Position numbers and translations under genes: made by a program
Shown here: positions 16,568-25,728 of the stretch, in pieces
Position numbering within the stretch: position 1 is the stretch's first letter
Layout of the letters: every line of letters starts with the position of its first letter
From: Deltaproteobacteria bacterium
Lineage (GTDB): Bacteria > CG2-30-53-67
Direction of reading: 5' to 3'
Assembly (NCBI GenBank): GCA_013151235.1
Contig: JAADIO010000034.1
Span: forward strand, 1 to 40,169
DNA: 40,169 nucleotides
The notes under the pieces: generated by a model
The model's database searches: none
The model's input: the letters and a program-made list of their open reading frames with translations, nothing else
Told to the model about the DNA's origin: nothing

Positions 16568-17338
16568 ATGATGCTTCTTGCCCTCGATGTCGGAAACACC
16601 CATACGGTTCTCGGCCTTTTCGAGGGGGCCGGCCTTCGGAAGCGATGGCGGATCCGGACGGCAAGAGGCGGTACGGCCGATGAGTACGGCGTGGTGATCC
16701 GGGATCTCCTGCGGTATGAAATGAAGGGGTCTCTTTCGAGCATGGTTGTCGCCAGTGTCGTCCCTTCTCTCGATTCCGTTCTCCGGGAGATGGCCCGGGT
16801 CTGTTTCGATCTCGATCCGGTCTTTGTCACAGCGGAAAATATCCCCGGTATTCCGGTTCTTTACCGGGAGCCGAAGGATGTCGGCGCCGACCGTGTGGTG
16901 AACGCCCTGGCGGCCCTGGCGGAGGAGAAGCCGCCTCTCATTATCGTCGATTTCGGGACGGCGATCACCTTCGATGTGATCAATGAAAAGGGGGAGTATG
17001 TGGGCGGATCCATCCTGCCGGGAATCGGGATCTCCCTTGCCGCCCTCTACCGCGAGGCGGCCCGTCTTTCCCCCGTCGATCTTGTCCCTCCCGAAGGTCC
17101 GGTCGGCCGGAGTACCGAGGAGTCGATCCGGTCGGGCGTCCTCTTCGGTTATGCAAGCCTGGTCGAGGGGATGGTGGAACGGATCTCGAAGGAGATGAAA
17201 GAGGCCCCGACGGTCATCGCCACCGGCGGCTTTGCCCCCCTCATGGCCAGGGTGACGGAAGGGATCGGCCGGGTCGATACCGACCTGACCCTGAAGGGGC
17301 TCAGGCTTGCCTGGGATCGGATTAAAGAGACTTCATGA
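16568..17338 (+). CDS. coaX: Type III pantothenate kinase
   Basis: LDVGNT, SVVP, GADR, IVDFGTA.TFD, GG.I.PG, ATGG. Confidence 0.95.
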   Translation: MMLLALDVGNTHTVLGLFEGAGLRKRWRIRTARGGTADEYGVVIRDLLRYEMKGSLSSMVVASVVPSLDSVLREMARVCFDLDPVFVTAENIPGIPVLYREPKDVGADRVVNALAALAEEKPPLIIVDFGTAITFDVINEKGEYVGGSILPGIGISLAALYREAARLSPVDLVPPEGPVGRSTEESIRSGVLFGYASLVEGMVERISKEMKEAPTVIATGGFAPLMARVTEGIGRVDTDLTLKGLRLAWDRIKETS

Positions 17339-17380
17339 CTCATTTACACCTTGCTCGTTACTCACCACCTTGCTCGTTCA

Positions 17381-18082
17381 TCATGGTGCATCTTGAGTTT
17401 CGAGTGTCTCCGGTTCCGCGCTCTCCCTCTCCTCATACGCACTCCGGCAGACCTCGCCGAAGAGTGCCGTCAGAACCAGGCTGATGTAGAACCCTGCGGC
17501 GGCGGCGAGGAGCGGGCCGAGGTAGGGGATGATTCCCCGAATGACGGCGAAGAGGATGATCGCCACGATCGACAGAAGGGTGATCTTGAAGTAGTCGTCT
17601 CCCACGTTCATGATCCGGTCCCAGATCTCCCGGATGTAGAAGGCGGAAGAGATCTTCTCATGGCGGGAATACTGGGCGATTCCCATGGGGATAAAAAAGA
17701 AGGCGGCCACAAAGAGAAAGGCCGTGACGGCGAAGAAGGCCATGGCCACGATTTTGGCCAGGACCCCTCCCGCCAGGACCGATCCGGAAATTTCATAGCA
17801 GAATTGGGGGAGGATGAGGTACCCGGCAACGATCAGAAAGATGATCAGCCCGTTCAGGAAAAGTCCCTTCCAGTCCTCCCATTCGGGCAGTCGATCGCCG
17901 TCTTTCCGGTGAAAGGTGTCGGAGAAGCGCCGGTAGAGATATCCCGTGGCAAAGAAGGTGAGAGGCAGGAGGTACCATTTCTGCAGGGCCAGGCTGGAGA
18001 ACGTTCCGATTCCCACCTTGACAATCCAGCCGGCGTCTTCTTTCGGACGGTTCAACTCCTTGGAGAGATCGATCATCGTCAT
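17381..18082 (-). CDS. DUF4013-like membrane protein
   Basis: GYLYR, LPEWEDW..LF..GL, Y.ILP pattern and several TMs; GGAGG SD. Confidence 0.75.
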   Translation of the reverse strand: MTMIDLSKELNRPKEDAGWIVKVGIGTFSSLALQKWYLLPLTFFATGYLYRRFSDTFHRKDGDRLPEWEDWKGLFLNGLIIFLIVAGYLILPQFCYEISGSVLAGGVLAKIVAMAFFAVTAFLFVAAFFFIPMGIAQYSRHEKISSAFYIREIWDRIMNVGDDYFKITLLSIVAIILFAVIRGIIPYLGPLLAAAAGFYISLVLTALFGEVCRSAYEERESAEPETLETQDAP

Positions 18083-18112
18083 CCTCCCTTTTTTGATCGT
18101 TCCGTGATCCGT

Positions 18113-19432
18113 CTAATCGTCCAGACTGTTCAGGACCAGTCCCGTCAGCAGCTTGGGGTAGAAATAGGTCGATTTCTGCGGCATCTTTTCCCCCCGCAGA
18201 GAAACCTCGCGCAACTGGTTAACCCGGGTCCCGTTCAGGAGAAAGGCCAGTTGAGCATCCCCGTCATTTACGGTATGCAGTGCGTCCTCGATCTCTTTGA
18301 CGTAACGGACATGGGATTGGGCTTTCAGTTCCTTTTCCCCGATGCCGAGCAGGCGGTCAAGGAGGATCGTGTGGAGGATGGTGACATCCAGTTCCTGCAG
18401 GACGGAGGATAGCTTCCCGCCGAAGAGAGGACGGATTCCGTCCATGTTTTTCAGAACGAGCAGAAAGAGATCATCACTCTCCCCGGTGTAAAGGCCGAAG
18501 GCATGACGTTCTTTGCCCACGGCGTTCAGCTCCCGGAGAAACTTTTTCTTTTCCAGGTAGGAGTAGGGGCGTACATCGAAGTGGGCGGCGACTTGCTCCA
18601 GATACGAGGGGAGATTGAAGTTTATGAGATGGTCGACGAGCCGATGTGTCGGATAGATGGTCAGTCCTCCCTCCTCCATGTTGGAAAAGTACATCATGAC
18701 GTAGTCGAACCCTTGTCTTCCATCGGTCTTCCCCGTGATTTTCCGCATCATGTTCCTGAAATTGAGGGCGGTCTCGTAACGGTGATGGCCGTCGGCGATG
18801 AAGAGGGGAAGGTCGGCCAGGACCCGCCGGATTTTGTCGATCTCTTCTTTTGAATCGACGGTCCAGACCCGGTGGCGGACGCCGTCTCCATCGGTCACAT
18901 CGATACAGGGGCTCTTCCGGGCCGAACCGTCTAAGATTTCTATGGCTTCCATGCCGGGGTTGGAATAGAGGGAGAAGATGGGGGAAAAGTTGGCGTGTGT
19001 GGCCTCCATCAGTTGCAGCCGGTCGGCCTTCGGACCGGAGAGGGTGTTTTCATGAGGCAGGACGACGCCTGAATCGAGGTCTTCAAGAAGCACACGGGAA
19101 AGAAATCCCTTCAGGATTTTTTGCTTTCCTTCAGCCGTTTTGTAATCCATGAAGTAACTGTACAGGACGGGTTTTTCTTCCCGGAGAAGCACCCCCTCTT
19201 CGAACCATTTCCGGAGATCTGCTGCCGAACGTGTATAACGGTTATCCTGCTCCGTATCGGCGGAAGTTGTGCGCCCGAGCTCCAGGCGGATTACGTTACA
19301 GGGGTGTTTTGCATAAAGTTCTTCCTGCTCCTTTCCGGAGATGATGTCGTAGGGAGGGGCCATGACCCGGTTCGGATCCCCCACTTTGTCAGGGTTGTAA
19401 CGGAGGCCCCGAAAGGGTTCAATCACTGCCAT
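18113..19432 (-). CDS. DUF1015 family protein
   Basis: PFRGLRY, APPYD, PHENT, IADGHHRYETA, PTHR, MPQKSTYFYPK; ATG at 19432 after AGGAG. Confidence 0.92.
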   Translation of the reverse strand: MAVIEPFRGLRYNPDKVGDPNRVMAPPYDIISGKEQEELYAKHPCNVIRLELGRTTSADTEQDNRYTRSAADLRKWFEEGVLLREEKPVLYSYFMDYKTAEGKQKILKGFLSRVLLEDLDSGVVLPHENTLSGPKADRLQLMEATHANFSPIFSLYSNPGMEAIEILDGSARKSPCIDVTDGDGVRHRVWTVDSKEEIDKIRRVLADLPLFIADGHHRYETALNFRNMMRKITGKTDGRQGFDYVMMYFSNMEEGGLTIYPTHRLVDHLINFNLPSYLEQVAAHFDVRPYSYLEKKKFLRELNAVGKERHAFGLYTGESDDLFLLVLKNMDGIRPLFGGKLSSVLQELDVTILHTILLDRLLGIGEKELKAQSHVRYVKEIEDALHTVNDGDAQLAFLLNGTRVNQLREVSLRGEKMPQKSTYFYPKLLTGLVLNSLDD

Positions 19433-19505
19433 CTTCTGCTCCTGTCCTTTTGATAAAAACAATATACTACATAAAAATGCCGGGATTTCAAAATCTTTTT
19501 TCCGT

Positions 19506-19533
19506 TTGACATCCCTTGCCGGTGTGATACATT
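19506..19533 (+). promoter_or_regulatory. Putative sigma70 promoter TTGACA-N16-TACATT with extended -10
   Basis: TTGACA 19506-19511, TG at 19525-19526, TACATT 19528-19533. Confidence 0.5.
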
Positions 19534-19569
19534 CGAATTCACACTTAACAGATAGGGTCGGAGCTACAG

Positions 19570-19616
19570 TGTACATTCCGGAATGAACAAACTTAATGTT
19601 GTGTGCGGAATGTACA
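19570..19616. promoter_or_regulatory. Palindromic operator-like site plus extra half-site
   Basis: TGTACATTCCGGAATGAACA (19570-19589, 18/20 palindrome) and CGGAATGTACA (19606-19616). Confidence 0.5.
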
Positions 19617-19653
19617 AATGTGTATGACCCCGAAAAGAAGGAAGGAGTCTCGG

Positions 19654-19974
19654 ATGTCTCATATACCCGCACCTTACAAACGTTTTCAGCAGGATTATCC
19701 CGAGGTCAACCGTGCCTACTCCGACTTTGCCCGGGCCTGCCATGAGGCGGGGCCCCTTGATGAAAGGTCACGCCGTCTCGTCAAGTTGGGCATCGCCGTG
19801 GGACTTTGTTCCGACGGCGCCGTAAAGTCCCATGCCCGCAGGGCACTCTCCATCGGTATTTCTGCTGATGAAATCCGTCATGCCGTTCTTCTGGGGATGT
19901 CCACCACCGGTTTTCCCCGGAGTATTGCCGCCCTGGAGTGGGTGGAAGAGGTCATCTCGGCGCAACAGGGGTAA
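19654..19974 (+). CDS. Carboxymuconolactone decarboxylase (CMD/AhpD-like) family protein
   Basis: GPLD..RLVKLGIA, GAVKSHARRA, EIRHAVLL, T.GFP; AAGGAG SD. Confidence 0.9.
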   Translation: MSHIPAPYKRFQQDYPEVNRAYSDFARACHEAGPLDERSRRLVKLGIAVGLCSDGAVKSHARRALSIGISADEIRHAVLLGMSTTGFPRSIAALEWVEEVISAQQG

Positions 19975-19995
19975 TCCGGGAGAACGGTTCCAGCC

Positions 19996-21396
19996 ATGCC
20001 TGAACAAGCTGAAAAGACCTTGAGGAATGGCATCAGGGACGACGCATTGATCCGCGTGGTCTCTGAAACGGCTGTCAAAGAACACATCTCTATCTTTATT
20101 GTGGGCGGATGGATTCGTGATTGTCTTCTGGGGCGGCATTCGGACGATTATGACTTTATCGTTGGTGGGGATGCCCACTCTCTGGCAGAGGCTGTGGCCC
20201 GCCGTGTTGGGGGAACCTCCTTTTCCATGGGGCAGGAAGCGCCCTACACCTACCGTGTTGTGGTGGACGGGAAGACCCTGGATTTCGTTTCACAGGGGAT
20301 CCCGGAGCTGACGGCGGAACTTGCCCGGCGGGATTTTACCGTCAATACCCTGACCTGGTCCTGTGGGGATGAGCGACTGTTTGATCCCTTCAACGGGCTT
20401 TCGGATCTTCTCGCTAAAATCATCCGGATGGTATCTCCGGATGTCTTTCATGCCGATCCCCTCCGGATGCTCCGGGCCGTCCGTTTGGCCGCGGTCCTGA
20501 AAGGTTTCCGGATTGATGCGGAGACGGAAAAGGAGATCCGGCGCCATCCCGACGCACTGGCCGGTTCCGCTGTCGAACGGATCCGGGAGGAGATCGACCG
20601 GATCCTCCTTTCGGGCCGGGCCGCGGACGGGCTCGAAAAGCTTCGCTCCCTCGGGCTGCTCTTTGTCGTCTTCCCGGAGCTGAAGCCCCTTTCCGGCCTG
20701 GCCCAGGGGCCGTATCATCATCTTGATGCGCTGGAACATACCTTTAAGGTTGTGGCATCCGTTGACGGACTTGCGGGGCTCTGCGGCACATTCTCTTTCC
20801 CTTTTGAACTGGGCCGGGAGGATCGACGGGTTCTCGCCTGGTCAACCCTCTTGCATGACCTGGGAAAAAAAGTCTCTTCTACGATCGATGCATCCGGCGT
20901 CCCCCATTTTTACGGTCATGAAAAAACCGGCGCCGAGATCGTCGGGGCGGTGACGACCCGTTTTTCCTTTCCGAAGAGAAGGGCGGAGAGGATACGTCGT
21001 CTGGTCCGTTATCATGTGCGGGGGCTGGGACTCGTAAAGGATGGATTTACCGACCGGGCACTGCGTCGGATCATCGCCCGTCTGGAAGAAGATCTCCCTC
21101 TTCATGTTCTTCTCTCCCTTGCCGACCGGCGGGCTGCGCGGGGCCGCAATTTCGGGAAAATGGAGCAGCGGACCGTTGCCCTCGGACAGGCCCTCCTTGA
21201 TCTTTATGCGGCGAAAGGAGAGGAGGTCTGTTCCCCGCCGGTTCTGGTTACCGGCGATGACGTGATGAACTTGCTTGGGGTCTCTCCCGGTCCTGCCATT
21301 GGTGCGATCCTTTCGAAAATCCGTGCCCTGCAGGTTGACGGGGAGATCGGAACCCGGGAGGAGGCCCTGGCGTTTCTCCGGAATCATCTTCTCTGA
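19996..21396 (+). CDS. Class II tRNA nucleotidyltransferase with HD domain (possibly CC-adding)
   Basis: VGG.IRD..LG..DYD, RRDFTVN, DPLRMLRA.R, ERIREE, LLHDLGK, GHE. Confidence 0.88.
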   Translation: MPEQAEKTLRNGIRDDALIRVVSETAVKEHISIFIVGGWIRDCLLGRHSDDYDFIVGGDAHSLAEAVARRVGGTSFSMGQEAPYTYRVVVDGKTLDFVSQGIPELTAELARRDFTVNTLTWSCGDERLFDPFNGLSDLLAKIIRMVSPDVFHADPLRMLRAVRLAAVLKGFRIDAETEKEIRRHPDALAGSAVERIREEIDRILLSGRAADGLEKLRSLGLLFVVFPELKPLSGLAQGPYHHLDALEHTFKVVASVDGLAGLCGTFSFPFELGREDRRVLAWSTLLHDLGKKVSSTIDASGVPHFYGHEKTGAEIVGAVTTRFSFPKRRAERIRRLVRYHVRGLGLVKDGFTDRALRRIIARLEEDLPLHVLLSLADRRAARGRNFGKMEQRTVALGQALLDLYAAKGEEVCSPPVLVTGDDVMNLLGVSPGPAIGAILSKIRALQVDGEIGTREEALAFLRNHLL

Positions 21397-21465
21397 ACAG
21401 AAGCGTCCCGGTTGATCCGGTACGGAAAGACTCCGCCGCTTCAATCTTAATCCATTCTTTTAAGG

Positions 21466-21494
21466 TTGACACTCCGGGGCGCCGATGATAGGAT
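21466..21494 (+). promoter_or_regulatory. sigma70 promoter for pgpA-cinA-thpR(-recA), TTGACA-N17-TAGGAT with extended -10
   Basis: TTGACA 21466-21471, TG at 21486-21487, TAGGAT 21489-21494. Confidence 0.6.
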
Positions 21495-21516
21495 TTCTCA
21501 ACTTTCGGGGGTGGGG

Positions 21517-21972
21517 TTGGAACGGCTGATTCTCTTTTTCGCATCCGGTTTTTACAGCGGTTATGCCCCCGTTGCCTCGGGGACCTTCGGGACCCTGGTC
21601 GGAATTGCTCTCTATCTACTTCTAAGCCGATTTTCTCTTATCTTATACAGCATTCTGACCGTTGCCGTCTCTGCCGCCGGAATCGGTCTGGCTTCAAAGG
21701 CGGAAACAATCCTCGGGGAGAAGGACAGCGGGATCATCGTGATCGATGAGATTGCGGGATTCTTGATTACCATGTGGGGATTGCCGCCGACATGGCGGAT
21801 GGTGGCGGCCGGTTTTCTCTTCTTCCGTTTTTTCGATGTGCTGAAACCCTTTCCTGTACGCTGGATCGACCGGAATATTCCGGGCGGGTGGGGAGTGATG
21901 TTCGATGATCTTCTGGCCGGGGTCTATGCGAACCTGACCCTCCGCCTGGCCCTGCTGGTGTTGAACCGATGA
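21517..21972 (+). CDS. pgpA: Phosphatidylglycerophosphatase A
   Basis: SG.AP..SGT.GT, KD.G.IVIDE, FRFFD.LKPFP, GVM.DD.LAG; start probably TTG 21517 or GTG 21511, downstream of the promoter. Confidence 0.93.
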   Translation: MERLILFFASGFYSGYAPVASGTFGTLVGIALYLLLSRFSLILYSILTVAVSAAGIGLASKAETILGEKDSGIIVIDEIAGFLITMWGLPPTWRMVAAGFLFFRFFDVLKPFPVRWIDRNIPGGWGVMFDDLLAGVYANLTLRLALLVLNR

Positions 21973-22445
21973 AGGATCTTGTGGAAGAAGTCGGCAGGCT
22001 CCTGTTGGAAAGGGGGAAAACGATCGCTCTGGCCGAGTCCTGTACGGGGGGGCTCATCATCTCCCTGCTTGTGGATTTTCCGGGGATCTCCGCCGTTCTG
22101 GAACGGGGCGTGGTGACCTACAGCAATCGATCGAAGACGGACCTGCTCGGCGTACCCGCTGAACTGATCGAACGGCAGGGTGCCGTTAGCCGTGAGACGG
22201 CCCGTGCCATGGCCGTGGGGATCCGGGATCGTGCCGGTACGGATGTCGGCCTGGCCGTGACGGGAATTGCCGGACCTTCCGGCGGGACGCCGGAGAAACC
22301 GGTGGGGACGGTTTTTATTGCAATTGCTGAAGCGGGCGGGGCGGAAGTAGTGCCCTGCCGTTTTTCGGGGGACCGGAGATCCATCCGGGAACAGAGTGCG
22401 GCAAAGGCGCTGACGGTTCTTCTGGATGTTCTCCGGACGGGATGA
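21969..22445 (+). CDS. cinA: CinA C-terminal domain / NMN amidohydrolase (PncC-like)
   Basis: AESCTGG, TYSN..K, GAVS, TGIAGP.GG..KPVGTV. Confidence 0.92.
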   Translation: MKDLVEEVGRLLLERGKTIALAESCTGGLIISLLVDFPGISAVLERGVVTYSNRSKTDLLGVPAELIERQGAVSRETARAMAVGIRDRAGTDVGLAVTGIAGPSGGTPEKPVGTVFIAIAEAGGAEVVPCRFSGDRRSIREQSAAKALTVLLDVLRTG

Positions 22446-22484
22446 ACCGTTCCGTCTTTCCCGTGGAAGGGAGGTGTCGTCGGT

Positions 22485-23060
22485 CTGAAAAGACTCCGGG
22501 CCTTTATCGCCATCGAGATCTCCGGTCCGGTCAAGGAGTCGCTTCAGCGGATCCAGGACTCCTTCCGGCGACTCGGGGATCGGGTCGGATGGGTCAAACC
22601 TGCGGGGATGCACCTGACCCTGAAGTTCTTGGGAGAGATCGAAGAGACGATGATTCCCCCGATCAGCGAGGCGATCTCCCGTACTTGTGCGGGGCGGGAG
22701 CCTTTCATGCTTCATCTCGCCGGAGTCGGCGTCTTCCCGGGGGCGAAGTGTCCTCGTATCCTTTGGGCGGGTGTTGCACAGGGAGAAGAGCAGCTTCGGA
22801 GTATCTTCTCCAGACTTGATCCCCTGTTGGAACGGATCGGCTTTCCGCAGGAAAAACGAGTTTTTCATCCCCATGTTACCCTCGGGCGGATCAAGGCTCT
22901 TCATGATCGGCGGCGCTTTGTTGCACATGCGGCAGAGAACAGGGAGGTCGATGTGGGGAGCATGATGGTGGAAGCGGTCCATCTTACTGAAAGCCGGCTA
23001 CGTTCCGAAGGGGCTGAATATCGAATTCGTTTTACATCGTCCCTGAAAATATTGCGATAA
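22485..23060 (+). CDS. thpR: RNA 2',3'-cyclic phosphodiesterase (2H family), probable CTG start
   Basis: RAFIAI N-terminus in frame upstream of the ORF-track start; HLTLKFLG and HPHVTLGR 2H motifs; GGAGGTG SD at 22470-22476. Confidence 0.9.
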   Translation: MKRLRAFIAIEISGPVKESLQRIQDSFRRLGDRVGWVKPAGMHLTLKFLGEIEETMIPPISEAISRTCAGREPFMLHLAGVGVFPGAKCPRILWAGVAQGEEQLRSIFSRLDPLLERIGFPQEKRVFHPHVTLGRIKALHDRRRFVAHAAENREVDVGSMMVEAVHLTESRLRSEGAEYRIRFTSSLKILR

Positions 23061-23135
23061 AGCATTCCCGGATCCGGAAGGTTTACGGGATCTTAATTTG
23101 ACCGGCCGGGTGTCGGCAGGAAAGGAGTTCTTCGA

Positions 23136-24167
23136 ATGGCAGGGAACAATAATGACCGGGCTCACGCCCTGGATCTTGCAGTGACACAGATCGAAAAACA
23201 GTTCGGCAAGGGAGCGATCATGCGGCTCGGTTCGGCGGGAGCGGTTGTCGATGTCCCTTCGATCTCTTCGGGCTGCCTCTCTCTGGATTGTGCACTCGGA
23301 ACCTGGGGATACCCCCGGGGCCGGATCGTGGAGATCTACGGACCGGAATCATCCGGAAAAACGACCTTGACCCTCCATGCCATTGCCGAGGCACAGAAAG
23401 CCGGGGGGGTCGCCGCCTTTGTCGATGCCGAACATGCCCTCGATGTATCCTATGCGAAGCGGTTGGGGGTGAATACCGACGATCTCCTCGTTTCCCAGCC
23501 CGATACGGGGGAGCAGGCCCTGGAGATCACCGATGTGCTGGTCCGGAGCGGCGCCGTCGATATTGTGGTGGTAGACTCTGTGGCGGCTCTTGTGCCGAGG
23601 GCGGAGATCGAGGGGGAGATGGGAGACCAGCAGGTGGGACTCCAGGCGCGGCTGATGTCCAAGGCCCTCCGCAAACTGACGGGGACCGTCTCCCGTTCGA
23701 AGACGACCCTTGTCTTTATCAACCAGATCCGGATGAAGATCGGTGTCATGTTCGGAAATCCGGAGACCACGAGCGGAGGCAATGCTCTCAAGTTCTATGC
23801 TTCTCTCCGTCTCGATATCCGACGGATCGGCCAGATCAAGGATGGGGATCAGGTCAACGGGAACCGTACCCGGGTCAAGGTGGTGAAAAACAAGGTTGCA
23901 CCTCCCTTCCGGAAGGCCGAGTTCGATATCATGTTCAACGAGGGGATCTCCCGGGAAGGGGACCTGATCGACCTCGGGGTGACCCACGAGATCATCAAGA
24001 AGAGCGGAGCCTGGTATTCCTATGGGGAGACACGGATCGGGCAGGGGCGTGAGAATGTGCGGACCTTTTTGAAGGAAAATCCTGATATCCAGAGCGAAAT
24101 CAAAACTCAGGTGGAGGAAAAATTGGGGAAGGTGACCCTCCCGAAGGAGGCTTCCGCAAAGGCTTGA
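23136..24167 (+). CDS. recA: Recombinase A
   Basis: [37 protein letters not shown]. Confidence 0.99.
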   Translation: MAGNNNDRAHALDLAVTQIEKQFGKGAIMRLGSAGAVVDVPSISSGCLSLDCALGTWGYPRGRIVEIYGPESSGKTTLTLHAIAEAQKAGGVAAFVDAEHALDVSYAKRLGVNTDDLLVSQPDTGEQALEITDVLVRSGAVDIVVVDSVAALVPRAEIEGEMGDQQVGLQARLMSKALRKLTGTVSRSKTTLVFINQIRMKIGVMFGNPETTSGGNALKFYASLRLDIRRIGQIKDGDQVNGNRTRVKVVKNKVAPPFRKAEFDIMFNEGISREGDLIDLGVTHEIIKKSGAWYSYGETRIGQGRENVRTFLKENPDIQSEIKTQVEEKLGKVTLPKEASAKA

Positions 24168-24171
24168 TTCA

Positions 24172-24201
24172 TTGACAGTTCCGAACTCTCCATGTTACGA
24201 T
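24172..24201 (+). promoter_or_regulatory. Putative sigma70 promoter for pilT, TTGACA-N18-TACGAT with extended -10
   Basis: TTGACA 24172-24177, TACGAT 24196-24201 preceded by TGT. Confidence 0.5.
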
Positions 24202-24217
24202 TTAAAGGTACGGAAAA

Positions 24218-24360
24218 GTAACGACTCAGGTCACCTCTCTTTATTCCGCATGACTGCGTTGTTGCGGTGCTCAAATCCTCAACGTATAAAAAATACGCCT
24301 CCGGTTTTGCGCTCCTCACGCCTTGTCCTGCGGAAAAATAGAAGCAACCTGAGCCGTTAC
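24218..24360. mobile_element. 143-bp fold-back MITE-like element
   Basis: Ends GTAACGACTCAGG / CCTGAGCCGTTAC, imperfect complementarity over ~36 bp, central CGTAT-AAAAA-ATACG; no clear target duplication. Confidence 0.7.
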
Positions 24361-24417
24361 ATGGGAAAGGGGAATCCTGACCTCTCGATTGATCCCAGAT
24401 CATGGAAGGCAGAGCCT

Positions 24418-25593
24418 ATGAATCTGAACGAACTGTTGAAAACAGCCATAGAACGGAAGGCTTCCGATGTCCATATCAAGGTGGGAAGTCCTCCCGTGCT
24501 TCGGATCGACGGGTCGCTCACCCCTATGATTGAGCAAAAGAGGCTGACCTCCGAAGACACCCTCGCCACAGCCTTCGCCATGATGAACAATTATCAGAAG
24601 CAGAAGTTCAAGGCGAACAGCGAGGTGGATATGGCCTACAGCGTGCCGGGGATGGGCCGTTTCCGTGTGAATATCTTCCAGCAGCGAAATACCGTCGCCA
24701 TCGTTCTTCGGGTTATTCCCCACAAGATTTTGAAGATCACAGAACTGAATCTTCCGCCCGTGATCGAAAATATGGCCCTGGAGCAGAGAGGTCTTGTCCT
24801 GGTGACGGGGACCACAGGAAGCGGGAAAACGACCACTCTGGCCTCGATGATCGATCATATCAATACCCACCGGACGGCGCATGTCATGACGATCGAGGAC
24901 CCGATCGAATATCTTCACCGGGACAACAAGAGCCTGGTGAACCAGCGGGAGATCGGCAATGATGTGAAGGCCTTCGACAGTGCGCTCCGTTCCTCCCTCC
25001 GCCAGGACCCCGATGTGATTCTCGTCGGGGAGATGAGGGACTACGAGACGATTTCGACGGCCCTCATGGCGGCGGAAACAGGACATTTCGTCATGAGTAC
25101 CCTCCATACCGTCGATGCAACGGAGACGGTGAACCGGATTATCTCCGTCTTTCCGCCCTATCAGCAGAAGCAGATGCGGATTCAGCTTGCGGCCGTGATC
25201 AAAGGGATCATTTCTCAGCGGCTGGTTGTCCGGGCTGACGGCAAGGGACGGATTCCGGCAACGGAGGTCATGGTCGCGACGAATCTGATCCGGGAGTATA
25301 TCATCGACAAGGAGAAGACCAAACTGATTCACGATGCGATTGCCGCCGGTAAGAGCCAGTACGGGATGCAGACCTTCGACCAGTCGTTGATGGAACTCTA
25401 CCATCGCGGCCTGATCTCCTACGAAGAGGCCTTGAAGCGAAGTTCCAATCCGGATGACTTTGCCCTCAAGGCTCGGGGGATTCAGTCGACGAGCGATCTT
25501 GCCTGGGAAGAGCAGGGACAAGCGGGCGGGGTGCAAAAAGAAGAATCGCCCGCCTCCGATGATGAATTCAAGATTGATCGTTTTTTTAATTAA
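24418..25593 (+). CDS. pilT: Type IV pilus retraction ATPase (PilT/PilU family)
   Basis: ASDVHI, RFRVN.F.Q, GTTGSGKTTTLA, TIEDPIE, LRQDPDVILVGEMRD, AETGH, GMQTFDQ. Confidence 0.95.
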   Translation: MNLNELLKTAIERKASDVHIKVGSPPVLRIDGSLTPMIEQKRLTSEDTLATAFAMMNNYQKQKFKANSEVDMAYSVPGMGRFRVNIFQQRNTVAIVLRVIPHKILKITELNLPPVIENMALEQRGLVLVTGTTGSGKTTTLASMIDHINTHRTAHVMTIEDPIEYLHRDNKSLVNQREIGNDVKAFDSALRSSLRQDPDVILVGEMRDYETISTALMAAETGHFVMSTLHTVDATETVNRIISVFPPYQQKQMRIQLAAVIKGIISQRLVVRADGKGRIPATEVMVATNLIREYIIDKEKTKLIHDAIAAGKSQYGMQTFDQSLMELYHRGLISYEEALKRSSNPDDFALKARGIQSTSDLAWEEQGQAGGVQKEESPASDDEFKIDRFFN

Positions 25594-25656
25594 TCATAAT
25601 CTTAATCCATACGCATTCTCCGGATCGACCCCCATTTCTTGCGCCCCACGATTCTA

Positions 25657-25685
25657 TTGACAAGATTGCCCAAAGTCTTTATTCT
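25657..25685 (+). promoter_or_regulatory. sigma70 promoter for alaS, TTGACA-N17-TATTCT
   Basis: TTGACA 25657-25662, TATTCT 25680-25685. Confidence 0.65.
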
Positions 25686-25728
25686 TTAAGCGGATTCAGT
25701 GATGAATGGAACAAATAAAGGGGCAAAA

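Noticed and set aside
21466-21516. TTG start of pgpA at 21466
   Set aside because: That TTG is part of the -35 hexamer TTGACA of the predicted promoter; the real start must be downstream
23061-23135. LexA/SOS box upstream of recA
   Set aside because: No convincing match to the LexA motifs I know (CTGT-N8-ACAG, GAAC-N4-GTTC, GGTT-N10-ACC-type)
24172-24417. 82-aa N-terminal extension of PilT in the ORF track
   Set aside because: Runs through a promoter and a fold-back element; homology starts at MNLNELL (24418)
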